Below, piece by piece: positions 8,066 to 13,677 of a DNA stretch of 13,677 nt; position 1 is the first letter of the stretch, and each line of letters begins with the position of its first letter. Source of the stretch: Pseudomonadota bacterium (GTDB taxonomy: Bacteria; UBA10199; 2-02-FULL-44-16; JAAZCA01); contig JBDRBN010000098.1 in NCBI GenBank assembly GCA_043822785.1, positions 1 through 13,677 on the forward strand, read 5' to 3'. Both the position numbers and the translations under genes were made by a program. Under the pieces are notes generated by a model. It saw nothing but the letters and a program-made list of their open reading frames with translations. It was not told the DNA's origin and did no database searches.

Positions 8066-8668
8066 CTACTTGTGCGACATGGCAGGAGCTGTGCGCTGCG
8101 GGTAGCGTCTTGGCTTGAACCCCCAAGTTCTCAAAGGGCCAGTATCAACATGAACGAAACTACGTTTGCGGTAGTAGCCAACGCCACCTTGGTTTAGCAC
8201 ATAGGCAAAATCTCTCACTTGGCGCGCAGATATATTAGACACTTCAATGTCTGCAGCCATTCCTTTCATATGATAGCTTTCCTTGGCTACTCGTCGGTTA
8301 CGCATGCGCATGGAAAAGTTGCGGATAGGGCTGCGATAGGCAGAAACCAGCTTTATCTCCTTGGCGTTGAAGTGATCTTCTATCGCATCGATCAGTTCTA
8401 TGAGTTTGGAGTCTATGACAAATTCCTCATCAGTCATTCGACAGCGAAAAAAATAAGCTATGGCATCCATGGTTTCGCGGGAGTGATTTCCGTTTTCATC
8501 TCGATAACGAAAAGTCTCGCGTTCGTTTATGGCAGGACGATATAGAGTTATCTCGCCGTCGCCTTTTAGATCTGATGGGATGTCATATCCATAGGCAGAG
8601 CCAATAAACAGGATCAGGGTCAACAAAACAATGGCCAGAAAGGTCGTGGGATGAAGGTCTGTTCTCAT
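8066..8668 (-). CDS. YcbK/MepK-like (DUF882, peptidase M15A) murein endopeptidase
   Basis: Signal peptide, then FFRCR, IDSKLIELI, SAYRSP..N, SYHMKGMAADI, GGVGYY and FVHVDTGPLRTW. Confidence 0.9.
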   Translation of the reverse strand: MRTDLHPTTFLAIVLLTLILFIGSAYGYDIPSDLKGDGEITLYRPAINERETFRYRDENGNHSRETMDAIAYFFRCRMTDEEFVIDSKLIELIDAIEDHFNAKEIKLVSAYRSPIRNFSMRMRNRRVAKESYHMKGMAADIEVSNISARQVRDFAYVLNQGGVGYYRKRSFVHVDTGPLRTWGFKPRRYPQRTAPAMSHK

Positions 8669-8678
8669 TGATTTTTTA

Positions 8679-8707
8679 AGAATAAAGGTTAGCTCAATTT
8701 ATGTCAA
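8679..8707 (-). promoter_or_regulatory. Sigma-70 promoter of the M15 peptidase gene; the -35 box lies in the end of the REP-like element
   Basis: Minus strand TTGACA(8707-8702)-N17-TATTCT(8684-8679). The ATG lies 10 nt downstream, with no SD. Confidence 0.7.
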
Positions 8708-8800
8708 TCCTTCGACTCGCCGGCCCAGGCCGGCTTCGGACTTCGACCGAGCTCAGTCGAGGTCCTCAGGATTGACCCTGAGAGCCGTCGAAGGGTCAAC
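8703..8800. repeat. REP/REPIN-like palindromic element, copy A, with nested 26-nt palindrome
   Basis: GTCAATCCTTCGACTC-[GCCGGCC CA GGCCGGC]-TTCG-[GACTTCGACCGAGCTCAGTCGAGGTC]-CTCAGGATTGACCCTGAGAGCCGTCGAAGGGTCAAC. It is homologous to the reverse complement of 11490-11588. Confidence 0.85.
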
Positions 8801-9638
8801 TGTTCGGGTTGAATCCTTGCAGTTGGCAATTGTACTCATCCACCATTATCTTTACAGACTTAATTTCCTCTTTGCCGCATGGTACGCCATCTTCATCGAC
8901 GACCTGAGCTTTGATCTCGATTAAACCGGGAAATGGTACAAAGGAGATCTCATCATCGTCTTCTTCATCATCATCGCCTAGTATATCGATCACACCCGGG
9001 TGAATGACTATTACGTTATCGTCATCATCTTCTGGATTGGTGGGTTCATCAGGGACTTCTGGCGGAGGTGTTTCCTCTTCTGTTTCCTCTTCTGTTTCCT
9101 CTTCGATAAGCGAAGGATCGCAAATTGTTTTACCAGCCTTATCAAAGTGAGCCCTTATGGTGCAGCCAGGATAAGAGGTGTGAGCGCCGCTAGCCATGTG
9201 GATAAGCGAATGCCTGGCTTTGAGTTCAATGGCTGATTCTATGTCTATGGGTGTGTCTTCGCTTGCGGAGACGCTGTACTGAAGAACGCCTTCTCCACAG
9301 CCTGTTCCACGGCCATCTGTGCTAGCATCGTCAAATGCGATGTTGACTGGGCTTACCACCACCACTTCTGCTGAGTTGAAGTCTGTGGGCATAGTGTTTT
9401 TGGCAATGGTGAAAGGGGTTTTGCTCGTGATTTTAAAGCTAGAGCTAACAAGGCAGCGCACATCCTGAGAGACCTCGGCCTCCTCATTCCATAGGGCGTC
9501 GATAAGCTCAGCCTTGGTGATCGTTGCTCCTTGGGCAATGATTTCTGGCTGTGGCTCGATATTGCTACTGCCCTCACAACCGACAAGGATGATTAGGCAA
9601 CATGCTGATATTATTGTAAAAATTAGATTTCTCATCAT
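8796..9638 (-). CDS. Acidic lipoprotein of unknown function
   Basis: GGGAAGGG RBS and lipobox ILVG-C. Several Cys residues and an Asp/Glu/Pro-rich low-complexity linker. The stop codon lies inside the repeat end. Confidence 0.8.
   Translation of the reverse strand: MMRNLIFTIISACCLIILVGCEGSSNIEPQPEIIAQGATITKAELIDALWNEEAEVSQDVRCLVSSSFKITSKTPFTIAKNTMPTDFNSAEVVVVSPVNIAFDDASTDGRGTGCGEGVLQYSVSASEDTPIDIESAIELKARHSLIHMASGAHTSYPGCTIRAHFDKAGKTICDPSLIEEETEEETEEETPPPEVPDEPTNPEDDDDNVIVIHPGVIDILGDDDEEDDDEISFVPFPGLIEIKAQVVDEDGVPCGKEEIKSVKIMVDEYNCQLQGFNPNS
9069..9104 (-). repeat. Perfect 3 x 12-bp coding tandem repeat (EEET)x3
   Basis: TGTTTCCTCTTC occurs three times, at 9069, 9081 and 9093. Confidence 0.9.
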
Positions 9639-9686
9639 ACCCTTCCCCTTTCATGGGATATGTTTATTCATATGCTTTACATTTGT

Positions 9687-9713
9687 TTATCGGCATACCT
9701 TGGAAAATGTTGC
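9687..9713 (-). promoter_or_regulatory. Sigma-28-like promoter for 8796..9638
   Basis: Minus strand GCAAC-attttccaaggtat(14)-GCCGATAA. The -10 is an exact match to the FliA/SigD consensus. Confidence 0.7.
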
Positions 9714-9739
9714 GCGATTTTTTCATGCAAAAAAAATGC

Positions 9740-9766
9740 GCAACTATTTTGATTGGCAGCCGAAAT
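9740..9766 (+). promoter_or_regulatory. Sigma-28-like promoter for the EIIA/zinc-ribbon gene
   Basis: GCAAC-tattttgattggca(14)-GCCGAAAT, preceded by an A-tract. Confidence 0.6.
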
Positions 9767-9854
9767 ATAGGCGGAGGAATGATCTTGCTTGACGCGAGGA
9801 TGTCACAGTCATATTCAAGCAACTTTATATGACATATTGAGAAAGGAATATAAA

Positions 9855-10649
9855 ATGCATGCCAGGGTTATGGAAGTGACTTTGGGCGAGATGTTAGGAC
9901 CAAATCAGGTGCTCGCCAACATGACTAACCGTTCGAAGAAATCCGCCATAGAGGATCTGGTGGATCTGCTCTGGAAGCAAAAACTCATAACCAACAAGTC
10001 CGAAGCTGTTGCACGTATAATGGAGCGAGAGGATCTTGCCAGCACAGCGCTTGGCGATGGAGTGGCAATTCCTCACGCGCGTTTAGATGTTGGAGACAAA
10101 CCTGTCATCGCGATTGGTAGGCATCCGGGCGGAATAGACTTTGGTGCGACTGATAAAAAGCCAGTTCAACTCATCGTGTTAGTGGTTTGGCAGCCTGCGC
10201 AGCCAGGTCTCTTCAATAGGCTCTTTGCAGGTCTTGTTTCAAAGCTTGCCAACGCCTCTTTTCGCAACTGCCTCGTATGTGAAAAGGATAACAATGCGAT
10301 CGCCGCAGCTCTATCTGATGTGAAAATAGATATGCTAGCCGGACGTGCTACCAAGGTCGAAGGTGATATGCTCATTACGCTTCAGCTTCTTGAGAGCAAG
10401 AGAAGCGCTGACGCCAAAGGTCTTGATCGTCAAATTGAACTTGCGCGCGCAGAGCTTCCCGGCAGCATGCTGAGCAGGTTTGATCGGCTTATGGCGCATC
10501 ACGGAGAAGCGCTGGTCGAGGCGCCACATGGCATATGCACCGGATGCAGCATGACGCTATCCAGCGGCGTTGCTGCTGAGATGCTCAGAAATCCTGACAC
10601 GATATTTGTATGCGAAAGATGCGGCCGATTCTTGATTCATCATATCTGA
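9855..10649 (+). CDS. PTS EIIA (Ntr/fructose-mannitol type) domain fused to a C4 zinc-ribbon domain (DUF164/zf-RING_7-like)
   Basis: AAGGA RBS before ATG 9855. EIIA motifs EREDLASTALGDGVAIPHAR (phospho-His) and GIDFGATDKKPVQLI. C-terminal RFDRL...ALV...GICTGCSMTLS...IFVCERCGRFL. Confidence 0.85.
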   Translation: MHARVMEVTLGEMLGPNQVLANMTNRSKKSAIEDLVDLLWKQKLITNKSEAVARIMEREDLASTALGDGVAIPHARLDVGDKPVIAIGRHPGGIDFGATDKKPVQLIVLVVWQPAQPGLFNRLFAGLVSKLANASFRNCLVCEKDNNAIAAALSDVKIDMLAGRATKVEGDMLITLQLLESKRSADAKGLDRQIELARAELPGSMLSRFDRLMAHHGEALVEAPHGICTGCSMTLSSGVAAEMLRNPDTIFVCERCGRFLIHHI

Positions 10650-10722
10650 GAAATCTGAACTTACATGTTTTATGGCTTCAACTTCTTGATATTTAAGGCT
10701 AAATAAGCCTCCACTTTTTTAC

Positions 10723-10749
10723 GCAACTTTTATCGAAATGTGTCGATAC
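10723..10749 (+). promoter_or_regulatory. Sigma-28-like promoter for 10827..11420
   Basis: GCAAC-ttttatcgaaatgt(14)-GTCGATAC, preceded by a T-tract. Confidence 0.65.
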
Positions 10750-10794
10750 TCTTAATAGAGGGTATAAAAACGCATCTGCCAAAGCATTGGCATA

Positions 10795-10812
10795 ACCTGC
10801 CTGCCGGCAGGT
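10795..10812. repeat. Short GC-rich palindromic mini-repeat ACCTGCCTGCCGGCAGGT
   Basis: Perfect palindrome CCTGCCGGCAGG at 10800-10811 with an extra CCTG unit, just before the GAGGAGG RBS. A neighbouring hairpin TGCCAA-AGCA-TTGGCA lies at 10777-10792. Confidence 0.55.
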
Positions 10813-10826
10813 ATTGAGGAGGGATT

Positions 10827-11420
10827 ATGGGATATCGTTTATTCGTCGTTCTTTGCGCCATCGTGTTAATTGGCGGTTGTGCTGCATTTGATCATGACAA
10901 TGAGCCATATGCAGGATTTGATCCTAGCGAGGTGCCCCTGATTCCAGGAGCAAACGTGGGCGCTTATAACGGCTATTATTCTGGGAGCATGACGCTAGAT
11001 TCTAATTCTTGCGTTGGAGTATCTGATGAAGTGAGCTCAGAGATGCCACTTGCTCTCGATGTAATTCATCTGGACAATACGTTGAACATTACTTTTGAAG
11101 ATGAGACTCTTGCTGCTGGCGAGCTTAAAGGAAACGCTGCGATCTTCATGCTTCAGTCAGGAAGTACGAAACACGTTTATTACCTCACTTTTTCTGACGA
11201 GGATGAGACAGTAACAGGCAGCTGCGAAGTGATAGAGGCGGATGCTGAAGGGCAATACAGCGATGCGTGTGCATCCTATTCGATCTCCCTTGTAAAAGGA
11301 GAGAAGCCCGCTGAGGATGAGGAAGGTTCAGCGGATGATTCAGATGCCCAAGACGATGCACCACAGGGCGACGGGTCAGTGCCTGTGCCTTGGGAATTAC
11401 CTGGCGCACCAGGCCAATAA
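10827..11420 (+). CDS. Acidic lipoprotein of unknown function (likely beta-rich domain plus disordered tail)
   Basis: GAGGAGG RBS and lipobox LIGG-C. The sequence YNGYYSGSMT is followed by alternating beta-strand patterns and an acidic C-terminal tail. Confidence 0.8.
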   Translation: MGYRLFVVLCAIVLIGGCAAFDHDNEPYAGFDPSEVPLIPGANVGAYNGYYSGSMTLDSNSCVGVSDEVSSEMPLALDVIHLDNTLNITFEDETLAAGELKGNAAIFMLQSGSTKHVYYLTFSDEDETVTGSCEVIEADAEGQYSDACASYSISLVKGEKPAEDEEGSADDSDAQDDAPQGDGSVPVPWELPGAPGQ

Positions 11421-11439
11421 GTAATTTTTTTTGCAACTC

Positions 11440-11475
11440 AAACCGGCTTTTCAAACCTGAAAAGCCGGTTTTTTT
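11440..11475 (+). terminator. Rho-independent terminator
   Basis: Stem AAACCGGCTTTTCA / TGAAAAGCCGGTTT with loop AACC, running into a T-tract, about 20 nt after the stop codon. Confidence 0.8.
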
Positions 11476-11489
11476 ATATCTCCGATCCC

Positions 11490-11588
11490 GTTGATCCGTT
11501 CGACGGAGCTCAGGGCTTCGACTCAGCTCAGCCGAACGGTCAATCCTGAGCAAGCTCCGGCCTTTGGCCGGAGAGTCGAAGGATTGAC
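11490..11588. repeat. REP/REPIN-like palindromic element, copy B (inverted relative to copy A), with nested 22-nt palindrome
   Basis: Reverse complement reads GTCAATCCTTCGACTC-[TCCGGCC AAA GGCCGGA]-GCTTG-CTCAGGATTGACC-[GTTCGGCTGAGCTGAGTCGAAG]-CCCTGAGCTCCGTCGAACGGATCAAC. Confidence 0.85.
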
Positions 11589-11612
11589 TTTAATAAAGAT
11601 TCACACTAGCTT
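11584..11612 (+). promoter_or_regulatory. Candidate sigma-70 promoter of the protease operon; the -35 box lies in the end of REP-like copy B
   Basis: TTGACT(11584-11589)-N17-TAGCTT(11607-11612). A separate TATAAT is present at 11625-11630. Confidence 0.55.
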
Positions 11613-11650
11613 GCGTTCTTGAGATATAATATTAACGAGAGGGGTGTTCT

Positions 11651-12277
11651 GTGAGACGCATCATACTTATATTTGCTGGGATCTGTGTTATCTTTACTGC
11701 ATCAGTAGGGGCAAAGATAACTTGGGCCAATCAAGCTATTTCTCTTAACATTTCACAGCTTATGCAGGCAGATGTCGCTTTTACTGGCACTTGTACAAAA
11801 GCCCAGTCTCGTGTGATGAAGAGCTCAAGCGTTGCGGGCGGACTTCTGGTTACGACTTATACGTTCGAAGTTTCCGAGATCTTAAAAGGTGATGTGCCTG
11901 CGGAGTTTTCGTTTACTCAGTGGGGAGCTTCGAGAAACGAAGCTTTCAAGCTTGGCAAACCATTCGTATATGGACCGCCGCTATATGAGATAGGAAAAGA
12001 GTACACTCTTTTACTAACAAGTCCATCCAGGCTTGGGCTCAGAGCGCCAGTGGGATTAGGTCAAGGTAAGTTCACCGTCATTAAGGGGCCTGAAGGGAAA
12101 GTGCAGGTAGTCAATCAAACAGGCAACAAAGGGCTGTTTACTAACCTGCCAGCAACAAAGGCAATGACCAAGGCCCTTTCTGCGGGTGGCATTAAGCGGG
12201 GCGTAACGGTTCCTACTGGCCCCATGGATTATAGTAACTTTAAAGAGGTTGTAAAAAACTTAAACGAGAAGGAGTGA
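11651..12277 (+). CDS. Secreted protein, probable OB/TIMP-NTR-like fold, partner of the downstream metalloprotease
   Basis: GAGGGG RBS, GTG start and signal peptide. Pattern L.QADVAFTG.C...TTYTFEVSEILKG...P.YEIGKEY.LLL...VGLGQGKF. The stop is 3 nt from the next ATG. Confidence 0.75.
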   Translation: MRRIILIFAGICVIFTASVGAKITWANQAISLNISQLMQADVAFTGTCTKAQSRVMKSSSVAGGLLVTTYTFEVSEILKGDVPAEFSFTQWGASRNEAFKLGKPFVYGPPLYEIGKEYTLLLTSPSRLGLRAPVGLGQGKFTVIKGPEGKVQVVNQTGNKGLFTNLPATKAMTKALSAGGIKRGVTVPTGPMDYSNFKEVVKNLNEKE

Positions 12278-12280
12278 CGA

Positions 12281-13534
12281 ATGCGTCATCAAAGCCTTAT
12301 AGTCTCGTTAGCTTTGTTTCTGTTATTTGCAGCATATGGATCTGCTCTGGCCGGCGGACCGTTTGTTGTGGACATGGTGAACAATACCGGTGTTGCGCAA
12401 AGATGGGTTGGCGATAAGATGACCTGGTGCGCTGACGAGGGCAAGCTTTCAAATTCAGTAAATAACACAGAGGCTGTGCAGTGGATCAATGAGCAACTTG
12501 CAAAGTGGACCGGCGTCACGTTGAAAAATGCATCTGGCCAGATGGTTTCTACAGCCACCATAAAAACTGGATATGATCCAACCTGTGCTGTGGGCGATAT
12601 AGACGGAACTAATTACGATGCATATGTCTATACATCCGAAGGTCCAAGCGTTGTCATATTCGACGATACTGGCGATATTGTTGCTGACCTGGTTGGCGAG
12701 CAGAATCGAAACGCTGTGGTAGGTTTATCTCAGCCAATAGCGTCCGACTCCTCAGGGCTTCACATCACAAAGGGCGTGGCCATCTTTAACGGCTTGCTTT
12801 TGGAAAACGACGTGCTTTCATCTGATCAGAGCACAGCACAAGAGCTTTTCAAATCCACCGTGCTTCACGAGCTCGGCCATCTTCTAAATCTAGATCACAG
12901 CCAGGTAAACTTTGATGTGGCCAAGGCGTGCGTGAGGGGCGGCACATGTGATAACAGCCACGTGATTCCAACGATGTATCCAGAGCTCCTTACCCCCATG
13001 CAGGGCACTCCCATACGAGATGACACGGTTACGTTGTCCTGGATATATCCCTCCAGCGACTTTGAAGACGGTTTCTGCACGATCACAGGAGAAATCTTCG
13101 ATGCTGATGGCAAGGCGCTCAAGGGCGTAAACGTGATAGCCTCGAGCGCGCTTGGTGGCACAGCGCCCATGGTTGATTCACGCGCTTTTGTTTCTGGTGT
13201 ATTAAAGCCTAGCTGCTATGGAGACAGCCGTTACTATCTGCACGGCATAAAGCCGGGCATACCATATAAGGTTACGTATGAGGCAATAGGTTCTGAGTTT
13301 ACCGGTGCGTCTGATTTTGAACCGCTCGACAATCCGCCGCGTGGTTTTCCGTCAGGCACCATCCAAAGCCCTGGTGGCGATACCACTGTAAGCTGTAGCG
13401 AAGGCGGGCAGACAATCGAGATGGCGTCAGTCAATATTGATACGCCCAATCCTTGTGCCGGCTCTCAAGAGGCTGCGGGCGAGCAGGTTGAAACAACGGG
13501 ATCAGAAGGTGGTGGTTGCAGCCTCGTCCAATAG
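12281..13534 (+). CDS. Secreted metzincin (matrixin-like) zinc metalloprotease with a C-terminal beta-sandwich domain and GGGC tail
   Basis: Signal peptide (SALA-G). HELGHLLNLDH at 12866-12898 and Met-turn PTMYP. TITGEIFDADGKALKGVNVIA resembles a carboxypeptidase-regulatory-like domain. The protein ends SEGGGCSLVQ. Confidence 0.85.
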   Translation: MRHQSLIVSLALFLLFAAYGSALAGGPFVVDMVNNTGVAQRWVGDKMTWCADEGKLSNSVNNTEAVQWINEQLAKWTGVTLKNASGQMVSTATIKTGYDPTCAVGDIDGTNYDAYVYTSEGPSVVIFDDTGDIVADLVGEQNRNAVVGLSQPIASDSSGLHITKGVAIFNGLLLENDVLSSDQSTAQELFKSTVLHELGHLLNLDHSQVNFDVAKACVRGGTCDNSHVIPTMYPELLTPMQGTPIRDDTVTLSWIYPSSDFEDGFCTITGEIFDADGKALKGVNVIASSALGGTAPMVDSRAFVSGVLKPSCYGDSRYYLHGIKPGIPYKVTYEAIGSEFTGASDFEPLDNPPRGFPSGTIQSPGGDTTVSCSEGGQTIEMASVNIDTPNPCAGSQEAAGEQVETTGSEGGGCSLVQ

Positions 13535-13550
13535 AAAGTAATTGCTTCAA

Positions 13551-13677
13551 GGTAAACCCCCAGCTCTGCTGGGGGACTCACAGGGTTTGACATTTGCGGG
13601 AGTAAAAAACAGCCTCCGAACCGTGAACCGCCCAAGGCTCAACGGCAAGGAGGCCCGATGCATGATGCAGCCTCGTT
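13551..13677 (+). mobile_element. Left end of an IS200/IS605-family insertion sequence (continues beyond the window)
   Basis: Subterminal hairpin CCCCCAGC-TCT-GCTGGGGG (13557-13575), TTGACA (13587-13592), and a stem GCCTCC(13612-13617)/GGAGGC(13649-13654) that occludes the RBS. This is the known IS200 leader architecture. Confidence 0.75.
13658..13677 (+). CDS. tnpA: Start of probable IS200-type HUH (Y1) transposase (partial)
   Basis: AAGGAGG RBS, then ATG CAT GAT GCA GCC TCG TT (MHDAAS-L/F). This is compatible with the M....SLSH N-terminus of IS200 TnpA, but only 6-7 codons are visible. Confidence 0.55.

Noticed and set aside
8703..8800. CRISPR array, tRNA or riboswitch interpretation of the palindromic elements
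   Set aside because: There is no repeat-spacer periodicity, no cas genes, no cloverleaf and no recognisable aptamer consensus.
9789..9854. TTG 9789 start for the EIIA fusion, and a GCAAC at about 9819
   Set aside because: ATG 9855 has an RBS and fits the domain boundary better. This GCAAC has no CGAT box 14 nt downstream.
11433..11488. GCAAC (11433) and TCCGATCC (11481) as a sigma-28-like promoter split by the terminator hairpin
   Set aside because: It needs an ad hoc deletion to restore the spacing and cannot be supported without an orthologous sequence.
11185..11553. Minus-strand 122-aa ORF
   Set aside because: It runs through the repeat, the terminator and the antisense strand of a lipoprotein gene, so it is not a credible protein.
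8703..11588. Composite transposon or invertible segment bounded by the two inverted repeats
   Set aside because: No recombinase or transposase lies inside, no target duplication is evident, and the copies have diverged. The orientation is explained equally well by each copy following local transcription.
13517..13676. 11-bp direct repeat TGCAGCCTCGT at 13517 and 13666
   Set aside because: One copy is in the protease tail and the other is inside the putative tnpA. IS200 elements make no target duplication, so this is probably chance.

Overview
This is a gene-dense bacterial window of moderate GC. The gene and repeat style suggests a deltaproteobacterial-type genome (inference only). It opens with the housekeeping pair proB (5'-truncated) and proA. 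An accessory stretch follows: a lipoprotein, an orphan membrane protein, a frameshifted or deleted secreted-protein gene, a small Cys/Met-rich membrane protein, a divergent GalT/HIT-superfamily nucleotidyltransferase, a TauE/SafE transporter, a SagB-type flavoprotein, a single-domain response regulator and a YcbK/MepK-type M15 peptidase. The right half holds two acidic lipoproteins around a PTS EIIA/C4 zinc-ribbon fusion, then a coupled pair (secreted protein plus matrixin-like metalloprotease ending GGGCSLVQ), and the left end of an IS200-like element. The most notable non-coding signals are three. (1) A repeated sigma-28-like promoter, GCAAC-N14-GYCGAWA, precedes three adjacent genes, two of them in a back-to-back symmetric pair. 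(2) Two inverted copies of a ~98-bp REP-like element bracket those three genes; each carries a nested mini-palindrome at a different site. (3) Each element ends in the TTGAC of a correctly spaced sigma-70 -35 box for the next gene. All family calls are by motif recognition; no searches were run.
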